Origin: Octopus vulgaris
Taxonomy: Eukaryota
Length of the DNA: 64,000 nucleotides
NCBI GenBank assembly: GCA_951406725.2
Contig: OX597816.1
Location: 170,128,001-170,192,000 of the forward strand
Direction: 5' to 3'
Numbering within the stretch: position 1 is the stretch's first letter; each line of letters opens with the position of its first letter. The notes below the pieces were generated by a model, which was not told the origin of the DNA, ran no database searches, and worked only from the letters and a program-made list of their open reading frames with translations. The position numbers and the translations under genes are program-made. Of this stretch, positions 40,450 to 53,820 are shown piece by piece.

Positions 40450-40686
40450 CACATATATAGATCGTATAGAAAAACACTGTAATCTAAACATTAGAAGTGT
40501 TGGCAACGACAAGAATATATGAAAACAAAGTATTAGTTGTATTAGGAAGAAGGAAGAGGAAGGAAGAGGAGTAGAAGAAGGAGCGGTGGAGTATGAGGAG
40601 GTGGAGAAGGAGAAGTGGTGGGCAAAAGGCAGTTGCATCAATAGCAACTGGAAGTGGAAGAAACTGTAGAGTAGCATCAACCACCC

Positions 40687-40740
<54 letters not shown>

Positions 40741-41523
40741 TGAATATTGTTCTTAATATTATTCGTTTGATTCATATTTTCTTCGAAATTTCAGCACATT
40801 TTGAAATAATTAAACTTTTTTGTTCTTGTGTATCGAATTACGGTTCGATTTTTTTTCTGCGTGATGCGTCTAATAAAGCAGAAATAATGATAATGATCAA
40901 TAGATGCTTTAGTTTTTCACCAGAAACTGCCATACAAATGCAAAGTATTGACAGAGAGACATTTGTAGAACACAAACAGTAATCTAATTTCTTTTTTTAT
41001 TTTCTTTAGACATCGTTAAATCATCCGAGGAATTCTAGAATCAGGTTTTCTCTTCGCCATGAATATTAATATTGTTCATATTTTCTTTATTGTAAGAATC
41101 CATTTTCACTCAGTATCTTAGAAATAAAAAAAATGTTTGTAAAGCAGCGTAACAATCATTTAGTTTCTTTAAAAAATACCTGTTACATATATTCATCAAA
41201 TGTATATTTTCCTAACGCCGAAATGGTTTTTATTTTTACGTATTTAATCAGTTTTGTTTTCAATATAGTGTTTTTCAAAGTTTATCTATGAAAAAAATTA
41301 TTTATGTGACGACTAAAATAAGTAATGATGTAATAACATTACTACTGTTCATTTTTTTTATTTAATAACATAACTAATCAACCAATATATTTATAAGCAG
41401 AATTAGATAATGCGATAATTAGTGTCAGAGAAATATGTGTATATTTAGTATAATGGTAATGCGTAACTATTCCTTAACTATTCAAAGATAGATTCCAAGA
41501 ACATACAACAAAAGAACACTGTA

Positions 41524-42650
41524 CGAAAGACGGCTGGATAGTTCATAGGTTGTCCAAGATACTCTCAAGGAATGCGACTAAGTCTTCCTTATGGTGCACA
41601 CATTTATTTTATCGGTATTACAGTTCTTGGATTCCATTGGTGAATAAACGTTCATCTTGTTGGTCAAAAAATTCATCAACAGCAGGTATGATGCCATTAT
41701 TACTGTGATACTGGTGCCCAGTCAAGTATGTTTTCCTGGTGGGAAACAGACGATGGCCAGATGGAGTTAAAACAGGAGAATAAGGAGACTGATCAAGAAG
41801 TTCAAAACAATAGTCACACTCAGGTGCGAAAGAAAACAAGGACATATGTGAAACAAGACCCCTCTCGTCGGTTTTGACTTGATAGGCATTTATAACTGTC
41901 CCAGCAATTTGGTATAGTACTTTCTGTTGAGGGTGTGGCCCTTCTGGAGATAATCAATAAACAATGCTTTTGCATCCCAGAAAACTGAGGCTATCAGCTT
42001 CCCTGCAGATATAGTGACCTTGGCCTTCTTTGGAGAAAGTGAGAGGGCTGATTTTATGACATGGATTGTCTCTTTGTCTCTGGTTCATAGTGATGAACAC
42101 GACTCTCATCCTGGATTAGAAAACATTCATAGAAACCAGTTCAATCTGGTTCAAATAATGTGAGATTTTCCCATGATGTCAGCCTGGTGTGCATTTGATC
42201 AGGTGTCGATGATGTGGCACCCACCAAGCAGAAAACCTCGTCATGCAAACTTCACGTGATATAATAATAGCATTGGCTATTTAATTTATTGTCAATCGCT
42301 TCTCATCCATCAATTTGGAGTGATCATAATCAATGTTTTCGTCGATGGTGGCAGTATCAGGAAATTCAGACCTTAGGTCAACTTCACCTCCTAAATTCAG
42401 CTACGCACTTTTGTATTGTTAATAATCCTGGAGCATCATTCCCTAAAGTAGCAACCATGTCAGCATGAATGCCCCTGTGGGCTAAACCCTTTCTCTACAG
42501 GTACTTGATAATACCACGATGCAAAATTCTATCGATTTTTCAAGAGAAGTTGTCACTAGTTACGAAGAGTTGAAATTAATACTTGCAAGAATTCACAGCT
42601 ATAATATCTTCCCTTTATAGTCAGCCTATGAACTTTTCAGCCGACGCTCG
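41524..42650 (-). mobile_element. Decayed mariner with both TIRs
   Basis: TIRs CGAAAGACGGCTGGATAGTTCATAGG / CCTATGAACTTTTCAGCCGACGCTCG with TA TSD; IQDESRVHHYEPETK; QSPYSPVLTPSGHRLFP. Confidence 0.9.
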
Positions 42651-42855
42651 TAGATATTTCTAAGTTTAGCATAATCTTTTTCTTGCTTTTTGCTACATCA
42701 CTGTTATTGATAACGTTGACGTCAATCGACCGATTTTCAAAGTATGATGGAATTTGTAAATTTTTATTGACTGCCACGACCATGTTTTTCCCTGTAGTTC
42801 CTATTGGGACACGTAACCTTATTCTCAGACAATTGATCACCATATTTAGAATGAG

Positions 42856-42906
<51 letters not shown>

Positions 42907-43154
42907 CATTATCATTATTAATAATAAATTTCAGGATAGTAAAATATTATTTAGAAATTTTTTTACCATCGTGGCCTAGCGTGTAGAAAAACCAGTCAAT
43001 AGACTATATATTATTCATTATATATACAGTGTACATTTATACACATAAGGGATGACCATAATCGGACATCTAAACCGTATAGAATGAGTAGTTAAAATCC
43101 AAACCACAATAATGGGTAATTTTGAAAGGAAATAAAAAAAAAAAACATTTACCA

Positions 43155-43320
43155 GGCGCAGGAGTGGCTGTGTGGTAAGTAGCTTGTTTACCAACCACAT
43201 GGTTCCGGGTTCAGTCCCACTGCGTGTCACCTTGGGCAAGTATCTTCTACTATAGCCTCGGGCCGACCAATGCCTTGTGAGTGGATTTGGTAGACGGAAA
43301 CTGAAAGGCGCCTGTCGTAT

Positions 43321-43382
<62 letters not shown>

Positions 43383-43755
43383 TTTCAACAATTGAGGGTA
43401 AAATTAATTAATTATTAATCAATTTCACCAAGTATTCAGTATGTAAAGGGACCACTTAAGGCGAATTCAAAATATTACATTTTATAAAGGGCTTAGTAAA
43501 ATAAATTACTTTGCCACATACTGAACTCATTAGAAATAGCAGCCAAAGAAAATTTTTTTAGCCATTTCTAATACTTAAAGAAGATTTATCTCAGATAGTG
43601 TTTACTCAAAATAACCCACGAAGGTATGGGGGTAAAAACATTAAAAAATCACAAGTGCAAAGATTATTTGGCTAAAAAGATTTTCTTTGGCTGCTATTTC
43701 TAATGAGTTCAGTATGTGGCAAAGTAATTTATTTTACTAAGCCCTTTATAAAATG

Positions 43756-43809
<54 letters not shown>

Positions 43810-44020
43810 ATATGTCTGTATTTGTCCCCCTAGCATTGCTTGACAACCGATGCAGGTGTATTTATGTCCCCGTCACTTAGCGGTTCGGCAAAAGTGACCG
43901 ATTGAATAAGTACTGGGCTTACAAAGAATAAGTCCCGGGGTCGAGTTGCTCGATTAAAAGGCGGTGCTCCAGCATGGCCACAGTCAAATGACTGAAACAA
44001 GTAAAAGAGTAAAAGAGAGT
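43155..44020 (+). mobile_element. SINE family A with a ~380-bp inverted-repeat element inside its internal (TA)n
   Basis: SINE halves at 43155-43317 and 43800-44020; insert 43380-43760 with arms about 43474-43563 and 43669-43760. Confidence 0.88.
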
Positions 44021-45079
44021 ATCTATTTCCTGGACCATGGTTAAGACACCCAGAAAGGTGTCTTCCAAACGCGCGATTACCGGATGAGTAGGGTGTGTTC
44101 TTGAAAGCTGCTTTCCGCATGGTTCCGCATGGACTTCGCGCTGGGTAGCGATGTTGACTTTCAGTCTCCAATATTCATACGAAGTCTGACCGTTACCTTG
44201 CAGTGCTTAGCATACTTCACATACACTAGTATGCTATCATAAATCATTACTCATCTTGTGAATCAGTTGTATACCGCTTCTCTTTGTTTTAATTGTCGTT
44301 ATTTGAATGGAATTCTACTACCCGTTGGTCTCAGCTAGTCATCTTGTTGAAATGAGAATGAACTTTGATAAGGCTATATTTTCTTGATTCTTCATTACGA
44401 GCAGCAAACATTGCTGCCATTCGAGAAGGCAACTTTGTTGTTCAAAGTGGCTGAAATCGGTGTGATAGCATGCTTGCATGCATGAAGAACCAGGACTACG
44501 GCTTCCGGTGTAAATTTCGATGTGCTGTTTCGCTTCTTTCCTCAGGCTGCGTAACTTGATGAATAGTAGTTGAGAAGGGTGATCTAATGACCACCAGATC
44601 TATATGCAGTGGCCTGAAATCGTTGCGCAGGTGACCATACTTCTAAGGTAGTGCCAAAGTAGATAAAAAGAGGAATGAAAGATGGACCGCTTATCTTATT
44701 CCTGTGGCAGTTCAGATGTTCCGGCACTCCAGCTAGGTGGATTATTTTGACAAGTAGATCTTTACATAGTTTTTTATTAATATTTCCACGGAAATTTCCT
44801 ATACCGTCTTGAATAGGAAAGGTGTCAAATACATGTTTTGTATCGTTTTCAACAAATAACATTTATTTGTTGTTGTTATAGTCGAGGATGTTTGTATATT
44901 CATGTATGTGGTTAATTAACATTTTGTTGCTTGCATGATTGTATTGTTACTGATTTCTTTTTCTTTTGTTGGTGTTCGGGTTGTTTTTAGTCTGCTTGTA
45001 TTATGTGAGTTAGGTTGCGTTTATGTTTGTAATGCTGGTGGTGAGTGAGATCGGGCGAAAAGTAGGTTAGAAAAAGTAT

Positions 45080-45340
45080 AAACATAAATGCAATAATTAA
45101 AAAGAGGTCTGCAAAGAAGAGTCAAGAATACCTGTTGGAAAGAAAATATGCCATCAGATACAGAGTTATTCTTAAATAATAAATAAGAAAGAAAAATTCA
45201 AGCAAAATCAGTGATACATCATAAAAGCAAGCGAAAAATAGATCAGAACTGGAATAGATTATTCAGAAACAATGAAAGGAAATTTTACCAGCAGCTGATC
45301 GTGAAGGAACGAATGTCAAATACTGAATCAACAATGGACA
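45080..45340 (+). mobile_element. R4/Dong-like LINE N-terminal fragment
   Basis: IRKKIQAKS...QNWNRLFRNNERKFYQQL resembles R4-clade KQKIQAK..QNxLFxxNxKKFY. Confidence 0.55.
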
Positions 45341-45649
45341 TTTTGTCAAGCAGTGAGGCAGATTCGTTATGCGCGTTTAAAATTGAAATGAAAAATGAGT
45401 CAATGGAAGGAAATATATTATTTAAAAAGAGAAACTAAATAAATGATGCTTAAAATGCTATCACAGTTGAACGTTTCTTGGTTTGATGGTGTTTAACTTT
45501 CACAAACGTGCAGTGACATACAACCGTCTATGGTTGCTTTAACAGAAAATAGAACACTAATACGGATTATAAAAAGATATGCAGTCTTAATGCGGAAGAT
45601 GGAGAAAAAGAAAGAAAATGTAGTAATTGTAGGAAAAATTATTTCAGAT

Positions 45650-46195
45650 CTTGGTATAAGGCCAGCAACTTCAGGGGAGGAGATAAGTCGATTACGTCAA
45701 CTCCAGTACTCAACTGGTACTTATTTTATCGACCCCGAAAGGATGGAAGACAAAGGACTAAAGACGGACGAAATGCCGCTCAGCACGCTAACGATTCTGC
45801 CAGCACGCCGCTTTACAGTAATTTTAGTTATATTATTTAATTCTTTATTACCCACAAGGGGCTAAACATAGAGGGGACTAACAATGACAGACAAAGGGAC
45901 TAAGTCGATTACATCGACCCCAGAGCGTAACTGGTACTTATTTAATCGAGCCCAAAAGGATGAAAGGCAAAGTCGACCTCGGCGGAATTTGAACTCAGAA
46001 CGTAACGGCAGACGAATTACCTATTTCTTTACTGCCCACAAGGGGCTAAACGCAGAGAGGACAAACAAGGACAGACAAACGGATTAAGTCGATTATATCG
46101 ACCCCAGTGCGTAACTGATACATATTTAATCGATCCCGAAAGGATGAAAGGCAAAGACGACCTCGGCGGAATTTGAACTCAGAACGTAACCGCCT
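45650..46195 (-). mobile_element. SINE family B, tandem/nested cluster
   Basis: Three partial copies. Confidence 0.85.
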
Positions 46196-46382
46196 TAACT
46201 TTAGTTATATTATATGCTTGCAATTATTTTGGTCGCATAGCCGGTAAATTGTACCAGAAAAACAGAGCATTTGCATGTTAGACAAGTATGTGAATTCGAC
46301 ACGCCATTTCTGATTGGTTCAGCATCTACGTACTCGTTCACTCAAACGCGTAATTGTAGGCCATACGTTTTTTTATCGGGTA

Positions 46383-46895
46383 CTAGCAGTATCGCCTGGC
46401 GTTGCTCGGGTTTGTAAGGGAAATAACTATATAAGCATTTTTAGAGAGTTACTTCCCTTATAGATGCCAATTCGGGCTTTCTTAGCCATTTCTGTTTTGG
46501 TGTCTTCAAGCCATGAAGTCGTTGTTCTAAAAGAACGCTGGTCTCCTTGACAACGCTTTACGACGTTGATTTCCATACACTCCCATTCCCACAGCTTCAC
46601 GAGGGAGGGAAGAAGGGGGAGAAGCAACACAGGTGCAGGGGTGACCGTGGACGCCAACTCCGCCGCCATCGACACACGAAAAAATATGCATTAAAATGGA
46701 ATAAAAAATTATATTAAATTATTTTTAAAATCGTAGACTCATCGTAGACGCGCGCTAATAGCCAGACGGGCTCGATATGAATCACGACTAAAAGATACCA
46801 GAATTTGGTTAAACTGCACCGCAAAATGTGGGAGTAGTTAGGAATCTAAATCGAAGGGACAGACACTCACACAACTACAGTTTTATATATATAGA
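46383..46895 (-). mobile_element. Non-autonomous Helitron, second copy with a different central segment
   Basis: 5' TC(TATATATATAAAAC), 3' hairpin plus CTAG; shares both ends with 32315-32715. Confidence 0.88.
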
Positions 46896-49449
46896 TTAGT
46901 TAGGAATGAAGTCAGCAGACATTTTTCTCCACCGCCAAATCTCTCATTATTGGCGTACATCTTATGAAATCTTTGTTGCAGCGGCTATTTTAGGATTTGA
47001 TTCTATGACGACTGAATGGAGTACAACAGATTATTTGGCTGGTACTTCTGAAAAACGTTTTAGATACGTGTGACATTTCTATTACAAGAAATTTAATCAT
47101 GAAAAAAGAAAACATGAAAAAAGAAATCATGAAAAAAGAAAACATAGAATATTTAGCTGGCTATTTTTTTTATTCTGTTTATTTTCTTTTTAGTTGTTCT
47201 TTTTGTTGTTGTACTGGCAGTTTTGTGATGGAATCATGGTGAAACATTCAAAGTATTTCTCTGATGTCTATTGTTTTAGTGTTAATGTTTCTACTCTATT
47301 TTTGTGATATTCCTATTTTCATTTCCCACGCCGTCTGTAACAATGTAACTTAAATGGAAAATACATTTTGTATTTATTCTAGTACTTTTTATATACCATC
47401 TTATTTTCTTTCCCTGTATAGCAATTTTTCTTATGATTTGGATGTCTCATACATTCTCTTTGCAAATTTTATGCCTATTTCTTCATAACATTTTCCCCAG
47501 AAAGTTGTTCCGATGTTATCTATTGTTATAACACGTAATGCGAATCCAGTAGATAAATCCAATAACGTTAGCATGGATTGAAATAGATTTCTAGAATTAT
47601 ATGATACATTATTCCATATTTTAAAATATATCTCTACTATATAAACATATATTACAAAATATAACAAAAGTAAACATAATAGTGCATGTAACGTGTTCCG
47701 AATGTTTTATTTTGAAAGCCTGACTTCAGATCCCATATATTGTCAAAGCGTAATTCTTTTGGCATCCGCCAATGGGAAGTAAATTTTGTTTTTGTAGTTA
47801 TCAGAATTTCGGTTCGGAAATTCAAAATGCAGTTAGTCAACAACTAGAGAGTATTTTAGTAAAGTCATTTTAATATTATTGTGATTCATCTGTCTCAGAT
47901 CAGAAATAGGTCTCTTTCCCATGAACATTTGACTCTTGGTTTCTTAGTGAGAAGGCCACCCATCCTGTGGAAGGATTTATTTTTAATTCTGCTGAGTGTC
48001 CACACAATTATCTCAACCATTAGATAAGAAGGAGTGGAGATGACAACCACTTAATCTTGAGACACATTCTTCTGGATTACATAGAACTAGTGCCAACATA
48101 CCATAATTTCTTACAGAAACCTGCAAAAAGTAGAAGATACCTTACCTGTGCTTTGGAAAGGTTAAAGGCTAACCTGTTCCTGTGTGAGTTTTACCTATAG
48201 CATACTAGTATGAGTTGGTGACAGACCTGGCAGTGATTTTAAGGTAAAGTAACTTTATTAGAATATGGTGGGTCTACGACATTCAATGTATTATGTTTAT
48301 AGGAGAACAGAGTGAAAGCGCAAACCCAAGTCGTGTGTGACATACTGGCACATAACTTGATTTCGCACGTGTTGTTCACCCTCAGGGACATGTGAGACGA
48401 TGTCGACTCCTGGATTGTAAGCCATGTTCATAGCCTAATCCAAACATAATATCTAGCAGTATATGGTCGAATGAGACCATCATAGGCATACAAGTTCTCA
48501 GAACCACGCAATATCATAATGGAAAATCAAAACTGTACCCTATAAAGGTTGCTGAGAGGAGAACCTTAAAACTCAGCACTAAATTTAGGTGACCTACACA
48601 CGTGTGTACAAAACCCATTGAAGGGATTTCTGTAAAACAAAAGTCTATGAGACCATCAGTATTGCAACGAAGAAAAAAATAATGGAAGTTATTAGTTCTA
48701 AGACGAGACTAATTACAACTTGTGAGTTGGCAAACTAAATGGCCTCTTCACCATAACCAGAAACTGACTATGGAAACCCAAACTTGAATACAAGCAGAGC
48801 CACCACAACAACGCAAACAACTAGTGCTAAACGACATGGAAGTATATGCCCATGACAGAACTACCTCATTCACGAATGAGGGTAGGATGAGACCATATTT
48901 AGGCCGAAGACGATAAGTAAGTTCTATAAAATAGAACTTACCTATCGTCTGTTGATCCTTACCTGATCGCTAATATCATTCACTATTTGTAATGATAAGA
49001 TATGCCAAAGTAAACTTGGAGATCACTGAATAAATTGGACTAACCTGTTCCTGTGTGAGTATAAACGACAGCTTTTTGCAAAACACCTTCTTCGCTGTCG
49101 TTCACGCGAAGGGTTACTAATTCACTGTCCGAATTCAAGAAAGGAGATAACCATATATGCAATGCATACTCTCTCAAATCAAATAAACAAGCATCAAAAT
49201 AAAACAAAAATGAGGAAGGCAAAAACATGTAAAACTGCAAATGGCGTTTATGATCGAACATTTTGCCATAAAAAACACCAAACCACAGCTAAAATACACA
49301 CTAGAAGGCAGTGAAATATAAAGAAAAACGAAAAGAAAATATATCAAGTTAAACTGGCAAGGAATGAAAAGGTATAAATCAGAGAACTGGAAATGAAGAC
49401 TTTGGAAAATAATTTATCGAAATATATATTGATTAGCATAATAATAGTT

Positions 49450-49790
49450 TGGGCACAAGGCCAACAATGTAGTGAGAAGAGAAGGTCGATTATATCGACC
49501 TCAGTACTTATTTTATCGACCCCGAAAGGAAAAATCGAGCTTGACGGAATTTGAACGTTACCTACTTCTTTACTACCCACAAGGGGCTAAACACAGACAG
49601 GACAAACAAGGACAGACAAACGGATTAAGTCGGTTATATCGACCCCAGTGCGTAACTGGTACTTATTTAATCGACCCCGAAAGGATGAAAGGCAAAGTCG
49701 ACCTCGGCGGAATTTGAACTCAGAACGTAGCAGGAGACGAAATACCGCTAAGCATTTTTGCGATGTGCTAACGATTCTGCAACCTCATCG
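49450..49790 (-). mobile_element. SINE family B, nested copies
   Basis: Homologous to 35063-35293. Confidence 0.85.
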
Positions 49791-50099
49791 CCCCATCATA
49801 ATCTATATTGGAAAAGTTATTCAATATCTAAAAGGTAAGCTTTAGAAAATCTTTTCGGTTAAAGCAGGTAATATTGACGGACTTTGTAAACTGTTGCTAA
49901 AAAATTCTAAACAATATTACATAGATATTAATACAAAAAACAAACATAAATAAATACAGCAGAATGAATGATAAATATGACATTTGCTGACACATCAACA
50001 TGAACGAAATTTCAAATATCATGAAGCGAAAATATCCAGTGCAAATAAAAAAAAATAATAGAAGTGAAAAGGGAGAGTAAACTATAACAAACTTGGCCC

Positions 50100-50290
50100 A
50101 TTATAGTTAACAAAGAAAGTTACAACACAATAAACGCTAGAGGTAACTGGAAATCTCTTGGGATTGAGGAAGTTCTCAATTTTTCGTTGCAACAGCTAAT
50201 CAGTATTCATGAATCTGTAGCTATAGAATTCAAAGAATTAGTGAACAGACAAGAATTGACACCTGAATGGTTACAATAATGACATTCTAA
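50100..50290 (+). mobile_element. R4/Dong-like LINE RT N-terminal fragment
   Basis: NWKSLGIEEVLNFSLQQLISIHESVA...TPEWL resembles NWKSPGxDxxxNFWxK..HE..PxWL. Confidence 0.55.
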
Positions 50291-50949
50291 ATAATAAGCC
50301 CCAGAGATCTCCCATACTACACGGCTGTAACTTTTTTGTCAACAGCAGAGACGTACGAGATATCGAATTGTGCAGAAGGCGAAAGCGAAGATGAAAAAAG
50401 TCCTTAAATTTATACTCTATAACAGGCTAAATGATTACCCAGAAAGAACTAGTATCCCAAATGAGATAGAAGGATTCTAGAAATGGATATGTGTCTATTG
50501 GTAAATCAGGTATTTATCGAAAACAAAAACGAAAGAAACAAAAGAGCAAAAAAAAATTACGTGACATACAATAACTGAAGAAAAGCTATTGAAATCGCGT
50601 ATACGACATCCAAGAAGTCAGCTCCAAATCTAATATGGTACACCAAGCCAATATGAAAAAGAGTTGTGTGAAAGAAGAAAAAAATATATAATTCTCTATA
50701 TATATATATTAGGGATGCAATGTTTTCCAAGTACTGGCAGTAAAAAGGAAAACAGAAAAAATTCAATGAAACCACGAACTGTTAGTAATGCAACAGATAA
50801 ATTATAAACGTGCTGCTCTTTGTGGAAAAAAAATTCAAACAATCCTACAGAAGATAAAGCTGCTCATAAATCTGGAACAGGCATGTACACTGGATTGAAT
50901 GATTGTACAGAGGCACAAAAAACTATTGATAATATTAGTTGGTTTCTAA

Positions 50950-51412
50950 GGTGGCTAGCTGGTAGACGCATTAGGAAACCAGGTAAAATGTGTTGGTGGT
51001 ATTTTGTTCGTCTTTGCGTTCTGAATTCAAATTCCGCTGAAGTCTACTTTGCCTTTGCTCCTTTCGGAGTCGATAAAATATATACCATTTAGATGTAAGG
51101 CGGCGAGCTGGCAGACACGTTAGCGCGCCGGGCGGAATGCTTAACGGTATTTCGTCTGTCGTTACATTCTGAGTTCAAATTCCGCCGAGTTCGACTTTGC
51201 CTTTCATCCTTTCGGGGTCGATAAATAAAAGTACCAGTTTCGCACTGGGGTCGATGTAATCGACTTAATCCCTTTGTCTGTCCTTGTTTGTCCTCTCTAT
51301 ATTTAGCCCCTTGTGGGCAATAAAGAAATATATATACCATTTAGATGCTGGGGTCGATGTAATTGACTTATCCCCTTATCCGAAACTACTGGCGTTGTGC
51401 CAAAATTTGAAA
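50950..51412 (+). mobile_element. Young SINE B (about 51097-51325) nested in an older SINE B
   Basis: TSD AAATATATACCATTTAGATG on both sides of the inner copy. Confidence 0.88.
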
Positions 51413-51489
51413 CCTATATTAGTAGGTTTTTAACATACACAAATTCTGCAAAGCATTCTGTCTGGCGCTCAAATATGTAGTCAGGAGGA

Positions 51490-53820
51490 GTGACCGATTC
51501 TAGGCAGGGTTGTCTCCAGGTACTATTGAGAAGTCTGAAGACGAATGAAGGTCTCACCAGAAGGAAGGGAATGACGGAAGCCCAAAGACTGGTCTGGTGT
51601 CTTTTAAGGCCACTCTGTGCAGAAGTAAGCATGGCAATGCAACAGCTGATATTCATCACTTACGAGACGAGTGAACAACATAAAGACATATCACAAGCTC
51701 GGCAAACATGGGACAATAGTGACTGTAGCAAATTGCTGTCCTTCATTAACTGGAAATCTGCATTCGAAGCAGACTCATCCCTCCGCAACATAGTCAGCTG
51801 AATATCGGCTGGTTCTGAGGTTAATGTGGATGATGCAAAAAGGATCAGATATGACACTCTTAATGAAATGGTTGGACACATGCATAAGTGCAGATTCAAA
51901 AGGAAAGCCCAAACTGTGATTTTGACTCTAAATCGGCAGTCAGGATAGGTGATGAGGATGTACTGATTGATCGTCTTCTATTTCAACGACTCATCACTGC
52001 AAATGATCTTCTGAATACCTTTACCTATGAACTCTGCAACTACCCACCTGTATTGTTAGGAGGGAAGGAGAAGCACCTGAAAGTCTTAAAGCCACAAGTA
52101 GCTGACGCCATCTGGTCCGAGGTACCACACAACTCAGAACTATATACAAATATCACATACGTCCTTGATGGTGCTCTTCTCCATCGCATTCCATGCCAAC
52201 TTAGTGAAACATACGACAAGATATTGCAGGACTATACCAGATATGTTAGAAAATACTATGATCAAGAAGTGGTTATGTTCGATGTTTATGAGGTGGGACC
52301 TTCAACAAAAGACAGCACACATCAGCGCCGAGTGGAGTGTGAGAGTAGGAAGGTGACATTCCATTTGTCTACGAAGCTGCAGTTCAAAAAGGAATTGCTC
52401 TCAAAGCAAGAGAAGAGACAACGCTTTCTTGAACTTTCTGGAGATGCCCTAGTCAAAGAAGGCTGTGAAGTTATCCATGCCAGAGGGAATGCAGAGGGAA
52501 TGCAGTCTTATTGTCTAAACTGCAGTAAGAATCTCTGGGGACAGAGAAGCTGTGTTGGTCGGAGATGACACAGACCTAATTGTTCTCCTCATCAATCATG
52601 CAGAAGACAAACATGACACCCACTTCCGACCTGAACCAAAGAAAAGAGCAGACGTCAAGTGCGTGGGTGATAATTCGATCAATCATAAGCTTGGGGGTCC
52701 AGGTTTGCAGGCATATTCTCTTTGTGCACGCTTTCTTGGAGTGTGATACCACATCCAGTGTCAGTGTTCTTGATATCGGGATGGCGGCAGGTTTCAAACT
52801 TATTCAAGATATGCGGAGGTATTCAGGAGTAAAATGGTAACAAAGGTCGACATCATCACGGCTGGTGAGAAAGCTATGGGCATTGCCTATAAGTGGAACC
52901 CCAGCGGCTCCCTCGATGATGTTAGCTGTCGCTGAGATTCCGAGCTCTTATCACCAAGAGAAATTTGGCAGTTCTTCCTAATATGCTGCGACCCACAGCA
53001 TGAAGTACCACAGCCTGCATGCCTACCATCAAGTCCAAGAGTGGCAGGGGGACACGCTGGATGCTGAAGACTGGGGATGGAAGCTCTCAGATGGAACGTC
53101 TAAACCAGTCATCTCTGACCTTGCCCCTGCACCACAGTCGTAGTTGACTGTAGTTCAGTGTGCCTGCAAGTCAGGTTGTGGGACGCTGCGCTGTAGCTGC
53201 TGGAGGCATGGGTTTCTATGCTCACCTGCTTGTTCTGGGTGCAGAGGTGTTTGTCAGAACAACGACTATGGATAATTTTGAGGATGGAGATAACAGCTAA
53301 ATCTTACAAAAAATTGTAAGTTGTCTGACGGACATTGTAGACTGTAAGCTTTTACTGTAGAGCATATACTTGTGTCTATGTATTTCATTTTATTTATTTC
53401 TTATCCCCTTATGATCAGTTTAAACGAAATCACTTGGGATTAAGAGTTGCATTTTATCTTGCGGTAAACAGTTTTATTGTGGACATATATGTGTGTGTGC
53501 TGAAGCAGGGTAGAGGTAAGTCATTTTTAACTCTATGGTGGGGAAACTCATTTTTAACACTTTTAGTTGAAAGATTAACCATGAAAACATGGGTAAAGGT
53601 ATTCTTTGTTTTGGGTTATGTTGATTGGTTAAGTAATAGCCATTTAAAGATTTGCGTCAATTTTTAAAATGGCAAAATACTGATGCATTTTCATTCTGTT
53701 ATTCCACCATGTTCCACTCCAACGATTCTTTGGGATTTTTAGTAGGTTATAAGAAATTTGTATCCAAGACAAATGACACTGGTTTCGTTTCTGTTGCAAT
53801 TAGCGGTGGGTGCTGGACTA
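51490..53820 (+). mobile_element. Academ (AcademX-like) DNA transposon remnant: XPG/FEN1-like nuclease plus Cys-rich finger
   Basis: YVLDGALLH, VMFDVY..STKDSTHQRR, VGDDTDLIVLL, FVHAFLECDTTS (H3TH-like), WGWK..PAP..CACKSGCGTLRCSC...CSPACSGCRGVCQN; right end ...GCTGGACTA. Frameshifted, left end absent. Superfamily assigned from domain architecture. Confidence 0.7.

Noticed and set aside
44520-44550. Minus-strand CUGAGGA-AAGAAGC-GAAACAGC hammerhead-like match
   Set aside because: No stem II pairing, no palindromic stem III or UH site; likely chance.
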